Below, one piece after another: positions 1 through 14,859 of a stretch of DNA of 64,000 nucleotides. The translations under genes were made by a program, and so were the position numbers. The stretch's first letter is position 1. Each line of letters opens with the position of its first letter. The notes under the pieces were generated by a model. It ran no database searches. It saw only the letters and a program-made list of their open reading frames with translations, and was not told where the DNA came from. The stretch covers positions 992,001 to 1,056,000 of the forward strand of contig OZ210885.1 of NCBI GenBank assembly GCA_964658305.1, read 5' to 3'. This DNA is from Leptogorgia sarmentosa. Taxonomy: Eukaryota.

Positions 1-162
1 AGTGGACCAAGTTCCAGAGAGACCTATGACCAATATGGAGAAAGTGGTGACTGTATTCGCAAGGAGTTCGAAGCTTGCAAAAACGACACTTTGTGTGCTG
101 GTGATGAAAATAGCATCAATGTATACGAAGTACTGGGAAGGAATATTTTAATTGGAAAATAA
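1..162 (+). CDS. 3' end of a gene entering from the left edge; Cys-containing WSC-like extracellular domain C-terminus
   Basis: Frame 1 reads SGPSSRETYDQYGESGDCIRKEFEACKNDTLCAGDENSINVYEVLGRNILIGK* (TAA 160-162). The SG..TY..YG.S..C...C.G...N.VY pattern resembles the tail of WSC-like domains common in cnidarian proteins (recalled, not searched). Confidence 0.6.
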   Translation, partial: SGPSSRETYDQYGESGDCIRKEFEACKNDTLCAGDENSINVYEVLGRNILIGK

Positions 163-241
163 ATGATGAATTACTCGACGTCAACTCAGCAAGGAACGGT
201 CAGTTATTCACCTATTCATTTATTAATTTATTAACTTAATA

Positions 242-458
242 TGTTTATTATATGAGTATAGAGATTTACGTGCAATAGAGCGGCGAAATAAAATTCGTAT
301 CTCATTGCATACGATATTTTTCACACGTGAAATTTGCCGTACGAGCGTTCTGATTGGTCAGACGATTTTTTTCACTAGTAAAAATTTATCCTATGAGCGT
401 TTTGATTGGCTGACGTTCTCCTGCCTCCACCTGCCTCTTCATACTCATGTAATAAACA
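242..458. mobile_element. MITE-like element with imperfect 19-bp terminal inverted repeats
   Basis: TGTTTATTATATGAGTATA (242-260) vs CATACTCATGTAATAAACA (440-458), 2 mismatches. No coding capacity. Confidence 0.55.
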
Positions 459-913
459 AATTACTTCACAGTTGGCTCGTTTGTACAATTTTTATTATAT
501 ACTCTTTATGATTATTAACTTAATAATATGTTTATCCAATTTATTTACAAAAAATCTGAATTATTGTGTTAGAGGTACAGACCTAAAACAGAATGTATTT
601 ATTATCAATCTATTTTATTTGGGATTGACCGCTAATTTAGCAATTTTTTTCTCTAGATAATGGCGCGGATTTTATGGACACTCCACGTATTTATTTGATA
701 TCTAAAGTAGCGTAAATTAAATTAGTTTGAAAAAGATGTAACCCGTAGTAGAGTAGAATTAAATTATTTATTGCATTCAAAAAATGGATGTAGCAGTATT
801 CCCTCTTTTATTTATACCTTTTGCGTGCATCTTTGAACAACTTATATCTCCTAGTCATGGGTTGCGCAACTCTGTTCTGAGCGTGTTGAGAGAAAAACGC
901 CTTCTTTTTATGT

Positions 914-1416
914 TAAAGGTTATTGACTCATTTGACTGAGCGTGAGGTCTGTAGCTACTGTGAAATATCAGACCGAGGTTTTCCGTATGGACTGAGCGAC
1001 GAAGGAGCGAGGTCAATGCAAAAAACTGAGGTCTGATATTTAACAGTACAGACCGAACAAGCGATGTCAATAAACTGTTTATTATATGGCTGAATTGAGT
1101 ATTTGAGCATATGCTTTTCGCGCGAATTAAATCGGCTATCTTCAGTTTCACTGGGGTAACAGTACGGCAGACATATACATGCTCAATAAAAAACAATTTG
1201 GTTGTTTGAAACTTTATCTTTAAATTTTAAATTGGAAAATTAAAAAGCAGAAATCTTTTCCGTTTGCACTTTGTAAGGCGAAATTTCCGACAGATAAACG
1301 ACATCCGGGACACCGGTCAAGATACGGAAAATACGGACCACGGTCCGGATATGGGTTTTTACGGACCGCTTGTCAACCAATCAGAATTATAGAATTTTGA
1401 AAAGCCATATAATAAA
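914..1416 (+). mobile_element. Non-autonomous interspersed repeat; a second copy lies inverted at 54328-56105
   Basis: Inverted repeat TTATTATATGGCT...AGCCATATAATAA (~1079-1415). Long reverse-complement match to 54328-54728 plus 56005-56105. Confidence 0.75.
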
Positions 1417-2222
1417 ACTGCTTATTTGTAAAGCGGAAAATATTTATTTTTATAAACCATATTCCATATTTACACAGATCGCTTCACTCTCTTTCTTGCA
1501 AAGTAACATGTAGCCAGCATGTGCATAATTCAGCAGGACAAACAACTGAACAAGCTATCTTTTGAAGGTCATTGTGTGCGTGGCTATTATTGTGTTATCA
1601 TATAGGCTACAAAACGACTTTGGCAATTGACCTTTTGTCCTGAAATTCATGCAAATATCTGAGCGTGGCAACGAATATGACACATATATATTTTTTTGAA
1701 GGCAAGCTAGGATATAGAAAACGAGTTTGAAATAAGGCAACAGCGGAAACTAACTTTAATTAATCCATGAAAATTACCTCGTCCTTCACTCCTTATGAAG
1801 TCATGGAATAAAGTAAACAGGCCCTGCGGGACAAAACACTTAAATGAACCCGCTGAAAATTCAAAATAAGATGATTGTCATTCAAATATGTCCTCCAGTG
1901 TTTAATTAGCAATGCACTGCTATTGGAAACGTATAAAATAAATTCAATCGAGCATTCCTAACTAAGCCAATTATCACCCTTTGCAGTCTTCCGCTTGTCT
2001 GTCATTACCATTTCACATCCTTTTCTTGACAGCCTACGTTTGTCGAGAGATCTCATTGGCGAACAATCATTCTTGTAATTAGTCTTGTCATATTCCTTCA
2101 TCAAACAGCTTCTTCGTTACGCCTGAACCGCTTTATAAGAAGATATTATTTACCGGTCTCCCAGTCAAGATTTGGCGTGCAGAAAAGAACATCATCTCTA
2201 TTAACATCGACCTTCATCAATA

Positions 2223-5200
2223 ATGAAGAAAAATATGAAGCACATGGTCTCTATCATTTGTATTATTTTACAAGGTAAATGCAACTGATATTTCCTTTAT
2301 ACAACGAGTACTTTGTATACAATTGGCTCACTAATTTGAGCCTATTGATTCGTCATTTGCCATCATTAAAAGTCAATTTTGTCAAATGGGATACAAGTCT
2401 GCTGATACACATTACTTTGGATTTAGTTAAATTATCCTACCTGCAATTAATCATTTATGGTATTTACTATGATCGATAATTACTTGCATGCACTTTCAAA
2501 TATGATGTTGTAGCTTTCTAGTTGATTGGACAACATTTCTAGTTGCGAAAATATGCGCATACTGAGTGCACGGAAAGTGTGGGAGCTACGTGAACACATG
2601 AATGATAGGCTAGTGTGTTGATGTTAATTGATCCTTTCTTCTGGATACTTTTATTTTTTACATATTTGCCTGTATTGGTCGCTCGAATTATGATTCGACT
2701 TGGCTCTCTCTTAAGATTCACAGTACAAGGTTTATTTTCAACGCCAGTCGTGATCAATTATCATCATCATCATGATAATATACTAAATGTGAAACATATT
2801 GCCTTGTTTACTATAATAATGCGTATAAACAGTGCTACCATATGACCCTTTCCCTCCAGGCATGGACCTCGTTTACTTTCATTATGAAATTCTCTCATTT
2901 GCTTTAAAATCCTTCAAAAGAAAGAACTGCCTGCTTTTGCTTGAAAACTTTCTAGTGCAGTGACCTGGCTTTTGGCCAGTTCATTATGAAGTTAATCATT
3001 TGTTGTTGTTCACCTGCTTCTCGCGTGTTCAAAATGATGTACTTAGAATTCTATTGCTCTTATTATTAAGCCCCTAAATACGCCTGGAAAGTTGGAGCTG
3101 CGTTCATCATTGTATAAGTTGTTGCAGAATGCAGAGTAATAACTGATTTGTTTTTGAATCTTAACAATTTTTGGTTGACAAGCGACAATACTATGACCTG
3201 ACCTATAGCTGATTATTTTCTTCTACTTGATTATTTATCAACTCGTGTCTATTATATCGATATCTTTCGCGGGTACGCGAAGTTTTATGGACCGTGATAT
3301 CATAGCTACTCTACTCTATGTGTGGAATGTTTAAAGTTTATCCACAATCGTCAGTTCATTTCCTGTTAATGCCATACGAGCAACTGTTGTCGAGATGTAA
3401 TCAACGGTACGAGTGATACTGTGATATTTTATCTAATAGCTCATATCTGAAATCAGACCATCTTGGAACCATGATATTTAACATGTGAGTATGTCGCTTT
3501 AGTCTGCGCTTTCCTTCCTACACAGTTGATGAGCAGATCAGCTGTATTATAACAATGTACGTGGAGCTTTTGGTATTCATTAATATGCAGCAGAAAATCG
3601 GCTTTCCTTTGCAGTCTGAACTTGGCAACTAGTGGGCACGACAGTTTTAACCTTTCTTGAATTTTGCCTAATATGTTTATCTAATGCGCTAAATATAGTA
3701 AGATAAGATGATTGGCGTTTTTTATCAAGTAGCAGACACTCGAAAGCTGTTTAACATGTTTGTTTAACCTCATAATATCCGCGTGTGAATTCATTTAACA
3801 AGACAAACTGAATACCTGCATGTTCCAAATCTTGAAGATAAATATTTGCCGACCATTTTTTTACGTCTGAACACTAAAATATAAATATCATAGAAATAAC
3901 TACACCCTTATTGTCCAAGTATCTGTATACAGCCGGGTTTTGAACAGTCTGACATTAATGAATTGAATTCTCAGCTCGAGCTCCTTATATGTACACTTGA
4001 AAATCTGTGAAAATGTATACCTAGCTTGTCTCAAATTTCTTCTTTTCGCCAGATACACGACAGATAATAACGTTTTTGTTTCAAATTTCCACAGAAGATA
4101 TTAAATCTCATTAAAAGAAACTACGCAATTTCTCCATATCATGCATTAGTCTGAATCATCGATGGTTTTACTGCCTTGCTATATAATGCAAATGATAGCC
4201 GCAATAAATGCGCAATTTAAAAGCGATTAAATCTACGACAATGATTAGGGTTTTATTCATTAATAATCGTTTGCCACGCCACTGGTGAATATTCTTTCAA
4301 ATTTGTCTGCTCATCAATTCAAACCTTGACAGTACGACAGACGTAAGACGAATATATTCTTGTGATGAAAGATCAACTGTGTGCAGTCTTGTATCAGTTT
4401 AATACTACAGCAACAATAGCAGGAAGTGCACGCGTATATATATAGAACATAGCTATGAACATAGCTATATGTTCATATTTCCTCCAGCAAGATAAGGTCG
4501 CTTGACCTCGTATTCCACTTGGCAAATGTTCACGCAAACAGAAAATTCGCTGCAAAAGTTTGGAAGGCGCTTTATGCTTTTTTGCGCCGATCAAGTTGCT
4601 GTATTCTTAGCATATATTCGCATCATCGCATCACACGAATTACAAATTCGTTTATTTGGAAAACGGCTTATACCATGTTATCGTTTTACAATCAAATGAT
4701 GAATATGAATAAAAACATTATGACGACACTGAATTTTTTGTTATAATAATTATCTGCCGCATGTATGGCTCTTAGTTGTAATTGATCACCGAAAGCGGAA
4801 AGCTAAATGGTGTGATACTTGCGTTGCCCGAGTTCATAGTTCATACAGTATAGGTGCATGCGGAAATCTTGGTTGTGATCTGACGAACACAAAGCTATAG
4901 TGGCGATGCTTTTTCTCCAAATATATTACATTGAAACTAGCTAGCTAGGAACTTTACCGATGCTAGGAAACAACGAATTGTTCTAGTCGGGATTTAGTGT
5001 GAGCAAGGTGAGCACCTAAAATATACAGAATTCCTCTCAGAATTCCTCCTATATGTGTTGCAGTGTAATGTGTAAATGTGATGGCATGCATGTTTTATAT
5101 ATTTTTGAATTCCTCATCGTATGTAGCTATCTATTTGAATACCATAAATAGTAGAGTTATCCAGTTTGTCAACGTTTAATGTTTAATATATGCTTGGTAT

Positions 5201-8200
5201 TCACATTTTATTATTTTAAAGACGGCGCTGAGGTATTCTGGCATTCTGTGTTAAATAAACTGATTTACACATGAATCGCATGAGCTTAAATAAACATGTT
5301 AAACACATTTCGAGTGTTGTCCATAAATGTCATATAAACGCAGCCATCTTGCTATATTTAGCAGCAAAACAAACATTCAAGGCGCCAAATATATTTTACA
5401 TTCTCAAGAACGATTTTTTTTTCCGTTGCATTCAGGTTCTGAAAGATTAGGTTTAAAATTTCCACCTGACAGTTGAATTCGACAATGGGATCTTCATCAT
5501 TTAGTTGTGTCGAGGGAGATGCAAAAATCCTGAAATTTGTCCGGCTTAAATCGTCGTAAAACACAGGCATCGCATAATTTCATAACTTGCTTGATGCCTG
5601 GTCGATAATTTTACTTAGGGGCAGCTGTTCCATTGGTCCAAAGTTATATCAAATAGGGGGGGGGGATCCGATCAATTTGCAACTAAATATTTCATTACGA
5701 AAAGCGGCAAGAATTTGTTCTTGTTAGCAGCTGCAACAGGATACACGAGGGACTTTACTAGCCATTACCAGTACCACAAATGAGTAAAATTACGTTTGAT
5801 GTTCGTGCTATATATAGCAAGAAGAAATGAAATGTTTTTCATATACTTTTCCAAACATGTGATTGGAAATTGAGCATGGGAGAAAACTATTGATGGACAT
5901 GAATGCCAAGCTCCTTAGGGGTGTAGCTTGCGGCTTTGTGGGAGATGTTTTTTACATCATTTAGCACTCCCTGTTGACCAGCATGACCAGGAAGATAGCG
6001 TGCAAGTGTTGTTACTCTGAGCACGACAGTACAGCGAAATAGTTTATCACATGTAGGGTGCAATTACACTCAATATAAAGCATCAACACCCAATATAAGC
6101 AGTTAAGAACAAAATTATATGCACTGGCCATGGGCTTATACATAGGTCTTGCTGATCAATGTAGACCTTCAAAGATGCTGGAAGCGTGCCAGGATTATGT
6201 CGAAAGCTCGTGAATAAAAATCTATTTTTGACCAGAGAACGCATTATTATTTTTACAATAATTATATGCCTGTTCTCTAAATTCGAACGTTCTTCTTCGG
6301 GCTGAATAATCGTGGCTCATTCAGAGTTTATATTAACATCCATACAATTCAGTGTTAAGTTGATAACTTTTAAATAAGTTCTTAAATGGTCTCCTGAACT
6401 TCTTTACATTTAACCATCTTCCTTCCACTTTAAGTAGTGGACAAACTTGAATGGCTGTGGAAAGCGCCTTAATCTCAAACAGAATGAATGATCGATAAAA
6501 TATTAAAAGCAGAGTTTATGAAGCAGTACAAGCACTTCAATGAAATGAAATTCAGATATTTGTATTCATGCAGATAAATAATGGACAACATTGTTTTTGT
6601 TTTAGTTTTGCAGTGTCGTTGTAACGACGTAATAAATTTGAATCTTCAAACTGGGGTTGTCTCTGGTTCCAGTCCTTATGTAACCCTCCTCTCTGGTCCT
6701 TCCTCTGGGAGAGATAGCACAACGTGCGACAGTCAAGCGTTAGTGCGGATAGACTTTCGTGGCACGGACAATCCAGTGCGTTTCACGTTTCAGTACGGGG
6801 AAGATCCAATTGGCTGGACATTTGTGATCTCAGATTGTCCCAATGATTATGGTTTTGGCGGGAATTTTAATTATTCCAGCAACTGCGCATCCACCCAAAT
6901 GATCAACGGCCAATTACGTGTTTACAGTAGTCAACTTCCTGGTTATATTAAAGAAACTATTGATGGCAACAATCTTATGAAGGTAGTTCACTCGACTATA
7001 TAAAGGTCGGTTTCCACGATAATAAGCATGGATGGGATACGACAGAAACAAAATTGAACCCCGAATAGGCTTTCAGTGCCAATTTTCTGTTTCAGTTTGA
7101 ACCTGTCGGATCCTACGATAAAGAGTTGAAGTAGCTATTTATTCACCAGCGGAGTGGATAATTTGATAGTAGAAAAGAGTCCAGTCCTATCCGATCCGAT
7201 GCTTATTTCCCCGAGCGGAAATTGGCCATGAGGTCCAAATTCAATGAACCCTTTGTCCTATCCGAAACCTGAAATTAAGATTTTAAAAGATCAAATCAAT
7301 CTAAGAAAACATTTTCTTAAAGCTGAAAACGAGGATGAGAGTGCACGAGAGTTGTCAGACACGCACCTTGACGGGCGGTGGCTTAATAATGCTTTACAAA
7401 CACCATCATGTTCATCTATAAACATAGTTCGAATTAATCTATATGAAATGCAAAAGGCATCTTGAAATGTTCCCATTGACAATTCGTGACTGCCAACTCT
7501 CACCATCCTCGTTTGACCCGTGCTCAGTTGATGTAAATGAGAATTCCATTCACTCACTCCGTATTTCATCTGTAGTTTTCATTTTGTTTAGGTGGTGGAC
7601 AGAATGGTGAAGAATGGTGCTAGTCTTGACGTCAAAGTTGGAGATGGTTTCTTATCTTTGAACAACACACACAGGATCCGTAATTCCTATCTCTATGCAT
7701 TAGACGGACAATGGACAACTTATGGTCCTGTGGAAAAATATTTGTACGTCGCGTTCAACCGTGTTCCTTATACCAACTTCAGATCTGGAAGTGGTCTTTG
7801 CAGTGTGCGGATACGGATGGAACGAAGTGCAGGTAAGAAAGTGACGATGTGTACCTATGTATAACCCGAACAGTAGTGCTTTATCAGATATGAAGGTTGG
7901 GGCGACAGTCGAGAGTTTTAGATCTGCCGTGTGTTTTAAATCACTAAAAATGTCCTATCTTGTGTGTTTATTGGTGAAGAAATTTTTTTAAAATTCCCTA
8001 AATTTTTTAAATTAAATAATTTTCGATTTTCGTCTTCAAAAAGACGAACGAAGTCTAAGCCGAGAAAGCCGAAGTCTATAAGCCGTTATTTTCACGAAAT
8101 GTGTGAAGAACATCGATGATAATAAGGACTGTTTATGTTAAATATAATATCCTGGTGACGTGAATGAGGAAACAATGTGAACATTGTTTGTCTTTGGTTC

Positions 8201-11200
8201 TCATTGTCATCATGTCAATTAGAAGTGGATATTATGAGAAACATTTAATAGCATTAGAGCCGGCCTTTTTAAAACTCTTTTCCTGTTTTTAAATGAACGA
8301 TGATAACAGCATTAAATCATTCAGCTAAGAGTATTTTCAACACCTGATTTCGAATATTCAGCAGCTAATGTTTTGAATCGCAAACGCGTGTAAACCGAAT
8401 CAGTTGGCTTTGAGTCCCCTGCTGCAATGATTTGTAGGTTATGCACTCGAGACGTCCGCCAAAACCCAGCCAAATTAGATTAATCCAATTGTGGGATGGT
8501 TCAGTGGCAGCATGAAATTGCTTTGTTCAATATCAATTTAAATGCAATGATTGCTGAAACCACAATTAATAGTTGAATCATGCTCACTAAAACCAGGCTA
8601 AAACCGGCTAAAACCCACGTTGATAAAAATCAAATCACTTCCTAACTCCTGGAATAGTTTTGATGACAGACTTGATTTCTAATCGGGGATTAGTAATGTC
8701 GGTACTTCACATTATTATCATCAAAGGGGTTTATCCCTTCCGCCATTCTAATAAGAACCGAATTTGGAATTACAGGAAAGGCGATTTTAAGCTAGCTTCA
8801 TGCCACACATTGGCCACTCAAACGATGGTCTGCATGTATGAAAAAGGTTTAGGAAACCTGTAAAACCATGAAAAAGGAAATGTTCTTTCGCTTTGTTCGT
8901 CTCCGATACAAACACGCAATGCCACGCACCACTAAAGTGATTCCGTCAGTGATTCCACGCACTGTAGCAACAACAGAAAATGTTTTGGAAATCTCCATGA
9001 GATTATTTCTCAACTGATAATAAAATACTATCATGTTGGGTGTGTAGTCAGTGCATGCTGTTTAAATATTACAGAAACACTTTACTTCATTTTTACGGCA
9101 CTGACAGATAACTCAATGTATAACACGTATCTTCACTACTGTGCATACTGTTTTCATGTTATGCCTTTTAAACATGTCTGTGCAATAATCGAGAACAGCT
9201 GAGAACATCTTAAGCTTGTATACATGTCTTTTTTCTTGCCCTTCAAATGATGAACAATACCACCAAATATGGTAATATTTCGATCTATCACGACATTAAT
9301 CTTGTATGTTGTATAGGCATGCAGTCTTAGTAACATCGCAAGGTCACGACTTATTGAAAAAATGGACATTTGCCACACGGACGTGGTTGTTGTGCTAAAG
9401 AGCATCTTTAATAAATACTACGTGTTGCAAAATCGTTAAAACATTTTCAAATGTACACTACAAGCCAGCACACTATCAATTTTTCTTCCTATTCTTATGT
9501 GTCCTGATTTATCTGCTATTTTACTACAATCATTATCATAAAATCTGGACTATAAACATTTGAACGTGAATATTTTATATCAATGTGCACAGTTTTATTA
9601 ATGAGTTTAACAGGAGAATGAAAATCAGACCATTGTCTTTAAATTTCTTCGTTGTTTTTTTCATGATCATGTAGCAGAGGAACTATTTTTATTTTGCACA
9701 GCAGGAAAAACGTGGGTGTAAAAATGCATTTGAGACACTCCAAGTACTTTTCACAGGAATCTAATAACATAAATGGACTCCAGACTGTTCGAGTGTTAAT
9801 CACAGTTAATGCCACTTTTTTATTCATTCCTTTTTCGTCATCACCGCCCCTCTCCCTTCAATTATGACACCGGAGATACTTTCCTAATCTCAACTCTCAA
9901 CAGCATTCCAAGAGGTTGCAGAACCATTTTATCTTCTAGAAAACCTACTTTTTGTCTGTCTCTTATAGTATGTTGTGTGTCTATTAGTAAAAATGGAAGT
10001 TTAATAATGAGTTATTGGATATTTTCCTTAATTTAATTTTCTGCCAAGCGCTAGAATTAATTATTTCAATAGGCATTGAAAACACACTTACAGCATCTCT
10101 TTTCTGCATTGCATATTCCATCCATAATTGTTTCAAAGTACAGCAAAAGTTCCTCTCACTACCATCGATACAAGAAAAACGCTAATTTCAGAATTATTGC
10201 AAAATGTCGGTACTTACTGTATCATTTACTTACACTCGCCGTCGCCACATTTTAAAGTGTTCATGTGAATTTTTGATAGTTGATGCTTGCACTGAAAGAA
10301 ATAAGCCATGTGGCAGCAATGCTGTATGTGTCAAAGGAAAGAGAGATTTGCACGTTTGTGCATGTCAAGATGGGTATAACAAAATTGGAGGAAATTGCCA
10401 AGGTAAGACGGCACAAACTGTTAATGGGTGTCATGCATAAATTGTAAAACAGCGCAAACGCTATCAAGTTTTATTCTAATTTAACATCCATTCCACCAAG
10501 TGTATCCTGCCAAATAAATTATAAAAAACAACCCCAGGGATTAGGGAGTTTCCTCATGGATTCATTTCACTTAGTATAAATTGTAATTACATTTATTGGC
10601 ATCTTCCTATAAGATTTTATTAAAAATTTTCCTAAATTTGATGCATACAGTGTATTTTTTATGCGTACAAATAATTTTTACGAGCGTAGTAAATACTGTA
10701 GGATGAGTTTGTCTTTGACTTGTCAGCAACAGTCATGATTATTCGTGATGCTTTGTTTCCCCAGATATTGACGAATGTTTGCAAGATAACGGTGGCTGTG
10801 CGCAGCTCTGCACTAACTTGCCAGGAAGTTATGAGTGCAGTTGCAATACTCGTGGCTACAGACTTCATGCGGATAAACATCAGTGCATTGGTACGTAAGA
10901 TACAAATCCTAATTTCCATCGTCCACAGTCAGCTACTTCATGATAAATGTTTTCCCCATTTCAAGTTATACTTTCTATATCCTTCTTAATCTTTTCTGTT
11001 TCATGAACGACTACTGTATCATATGGTTGTTACAGCCTGGTTCAAACTCGCATTTCATCGGCGATCTATTTCCGTTTCTTTGTTACAGATAAAGCATTTT
11101 TAAATGCATCAACGATGAAAATTGCCGATTCTTGCGTCTAGTGAGAACCAGGCTCATCTGCAATTACTATCGCTGTAATCGACCATGATGAAAAAGATAG

Positions 11201-13989
11201 CGGCATGTCGATCGTAAAAACAGTTTGCGAACTTAAATCGGCTTTCGTTTGATAATATTAAGCGTTCATATCCACCTCTGACCACTGTAACTCGAAAAAG
11301 ACGTCGACATATGATCGATTTCGCCATGCTCTTTGACGAACAAAAAGATGTAGCCAAACCTGGAGAAATTCATATAGCGCGTTAAATATCTTTCAACTGT
11401 TATCATGACTCATTAAAATTCGCAAAGAACTTTTTTTGAGGACGACATGTCGCCATTTTAAAAATTGGCGAATTTTTATCAGGCATTCCCAGTAAGAATC
11501 TCGACATCTCTCACTTCCACTCCGACACTATAACGACACATTCAAACTTCCCTTCACCAAAACTATGTGCAAGATTACATTCCTAATCCAATTTCTTCCG
11601 TTAGACGAAAATGACATTGATACAATCACAAGAAAAATTAGACTGAGGATTCAAGTGAAGCAGTGCAAGACCAATGCAAGAATTGTGTCAAACTTCAGAC
11701 GAGATCTTCGTCTACTGATCTCTAAAGATATCTGTAGTGCTCCCTGTGAAATTCACGCAGTCACCCTGAAGTGTCGGACAAGAAGAAAGATAAACATTCT
11801 GCACACAAATCTGGATATAAGAATGAACCCCAATTTGATTTTCTCGCGAGCTCAGTGTAATTCATCGTGCATTAAATGTGAAGCGGAGAGCAAATTACAG
11901 AAGACAGTCACAAATTTGAGGCGTTTGGTCAATTCAGATAAATTCGTGCTGTCTTTTGATGGTCAGAGATATGTCCTGGATAGAAAAGATGTTAAAGGTG
12001 TGAGAACAAAAAGCCGATGTAAAAAGGCACCAAGGAGAAACGGTAAAACTTTTTTTATTTCATGCACTGAAAGCTGTACTTATTTCTCAAAATACGTTAT
12101 ATTTTGTTTCTCAACCAGCGAAGAATAAAAGCATCGATCATGATTTTATATTTTGACAAGCAAAGTCACGAGTAACCGTTTCACATTTAACTGATAAAAG
12201 CCAAAAATACTAGTTCGAAAACGAGATTTGGAATATTCAGAAATTTTAATCGTGACAGGAATTCAAAAACTAATCATGTTGTATAATTATATGTTTTGCG
12301 CATTGTAATCCTGGCAAAATGAAACTGGAGGTTATATCGTATAATGAGTGATGTACAATCATTTTCGATTGTTGCATGCTTAGACAAACGGTTCCGTTGA
12401 TTTCGAGTTTTTAAACTTTGATCCCTCTGAACTCTTCTGTATTTTAATTTATGTTCAAAAGTGAACATAGCTAAGTCCATAACGCTCACCAGGGATGAAC
12501 GTAGAACTGCAATGTCAGTCTAAATGAGGCTTTTAGTAACCGACAAACTCGGCCATCATTCAAAAAGAAGATCTATATATGAGTAAGCTACATTCCTCAC
12601 TCTATCTTAATTTTTACTGACCTGATTGCAGGCTCATGTCGACGTGGTAGTTACTATGACGTAGTATCGAATCAATGTTTGAAGTGTCCACGTGGTACAT
12701 ATCAAAATCAAGATTCTGAGAAATTCTGCTATCGTTGCCCTGGCAATACGACAACGCTTGAAACAGGCGCAAAGAGTAAGGCAAAATGCATAGGTGAGCT
12801 TTTTACTAATATTGCATGAATTTGGACGGAGATCAAAGCAAACAAAAAATGTCAAAAAAATCATCTCTTTTTTGAATATGATTTCATTTCCATTTGTCAT
12901 GTAGATATTTTAGTTTTTCAAACATTTATTCATTCTTGGTAATACTGTCGCCTAGCTGTTCTTCCTAGTAGCGAGCAGCACAAAATGCATTTGAATTCTC
13001 TTTTTGTCTAGAAACCATTTGTGGTTGGTCAATGAAAAATGCGGAGTCTGGTTTCATCTACACTCCCAACTTTCCTGATCCTTATCCCCCCGGCATAACA
13101 TGTGAGTGGCAGATCGATACTCTTGAAAATCACACCGCTTTCTTCCTTATACCAAGGCTTTCGTTACCGCTGACAACGCCCTGTTCAGACTATTTGGTGA
13201 TACGAGAAAATTCTAGTCCTTATTCCGTTCATTCATATCTAACATGTGAAAGCAATCCTGACCCGATAGTCATCGTGGCGAGAACCAAGAAACTTTATAT
13301 CAAGTTTCACTCAAGCAGTTTACAAAATGCTAACGGATTCAAGATGCGTTTTGCTACGTATAAAGGTAAAATAATCCTTGAACGGAAACATTTATAATTA
13401 GGCTACATGCGAATCTAAAATTGCATTTTTATTCGACACAAACATGTTTTTTCTTCAAAGATGAAAATTGTACAACGTCGCTATTTTAAACAAGTTATTG
13501 GCGGGAAATTATGACCTGACCGATAATTTTCACTAGCATGAAGATATGGAAAATTTCTCATTGAGTAATTTTCGGTATCTACTATATAACTTCAAATTTC
13601 CATTGAAGATTTGGTAAAAGACCTGGTCGAAGACATAATCCAAGATGGGAACATGTATAATAAGAAGAGTCATAGGGAACTGTTGCAGGTAACATTTTTT
13701 CCTGATTTGCAAATATTTTTGGGTTCAAAGACCGTGAAAGTAATCCGGAAATTTTTGAATTTTTGCAGTAAAATCAATTAGCCAATTATTTACATTTGTT
13801 TTATCATGATGAGCTCTTTATCATTTTATCTCATAGAATGAAGACACCACTGCAGATCTTTTCGCCGTACTAGGAGATCCGCTCAGCTTTCCATCTTACT
13901 ACACAGATGAATATCTTTCAAAGTTACCGTCATCGTTTATCAAATTTATCAGCAACAAAGTATCCAAGTACTTTTTCAGCCGGAAATAG
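2223..13989 (+). CDS. SCUBE: SCUBE-like secreted protein (signal peptide, unassigned N-terminal domain, EGF, cbEGF, spacer, one Cys-rich GCC2/GCC3 repeat, CUB, SCUBE C-terminal helix), ~701 aa, 10 exons
   Basis: join(2223-2274,6606-6982,7592-7832,10280-10402,10765-10890,11605-12042,12632-12793,13012-13365,13609-13688,13837-13989). All introns are GT-AG, phases are consistent, total 2106 nt. cb[30 protein letters not shown]; ephrin-receptor-like CPRGTYQ...[20 protein letters not shown]...[17 protein letters not shown]. Tail [12 protein letters not shown]...LFAVL...[16 protein letters not shown] matches the vertebrate SCUBE tail (LIEDIVRDGRLY...FPRSFIRLLRSKVSRF). Exon 1 is the least certain. 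Confidence 0.88.
7004..7228. mobile_element. Intronic MITE, PIF/Harbinger-like (degenerate TIRs)
   Basis: GGTCGGTTTCCAC...GCGGAAATTGGCC termini with internal inverted segments (ATAAGCATGGATGGGATA / TATCCGATCCGATGCTTAT). Confidence 0.4.
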
Positions 13990-14702
13990 CTTGTTTAAAA
14001 GCTAACAGTTGTAGTTAATTGCGAACGTTGTGTTTAAAAAATGCTTAAGAATAATCATGACAGTTGTCCGAGGCAATTAAGTAGAAAGTATTTTCAGAGA
14101 AAGTTTTTATGTAAAATATTATTGTAAACTGTAGCAGATCTGAGGTAAAAATTGTAAAGACGTTGTTAGAATAGGGTACGTATACCAAATACGATTTTAG
14201 AAATGGTAACTATAGCTACCAACATTTGTGGTAGCTACCATGTATAAATGAAATGCTCGCCTATATTATGTGGTGACGGAATAATAAATGTATTATGGTT
14301 ATACCGAAAAGGATAGGAAAAAGAAATAATTTTCAACCTAATAATATACAAGGTATTACTCGCGATTGTGATTGGTTCATTTCAGTGCAGGTAGTCCCAA
14401 ATGTTGTAGTAGTGCAATTTTCTGTTATCACTTTGAACCAATCAAATTAGAGCTCAAGCTACAGATTGCTTCAAAACAAAACAAACATGGCGGCCGCGCT
14501 AAACAAAGTAAAAATTGTCTTTGGGTCGAAATATAGCTTTCATCTTTTTCTTATGACGGAAAAAACTTTGTCTCGAATGTTACGTCATGCGTGCGACTTG
14601 TTGGCCAACCTATGCTCGTGCTTGTTAATTCCAAATTGCACTCGAAACCGTAGAATTACCTATACAAATTGCTCCTAGAATCCTCGGGCAAGGCTGCTAT
14701 AA

Positions 14703-14859
14703 CGGTTATCTTTTCATGTTACGCAGTCACGAAAACGGTCAGGGTTAGATAAGGATATATATATATAGGGTTAGGCATTAGCCTTGAAGTTAATGTTATG
14801 CTTGGGGGGATAGGATGTGATAGAAATGAATTAGTGTGCGTAACATGAAAATATAACCG
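14703..14859. mobile_element. MITE with 23-bp TIRs and TAA target-site duplication (Tourist/PIF-Harbinger-like)
   Basis: CGGTTATCTTTTCATGTTACGCA ... TGCGTAACATGAAAATATAACCG, flanked by TAA on both sides (14700-14702, 14860-14862). Confidence 0.7.
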
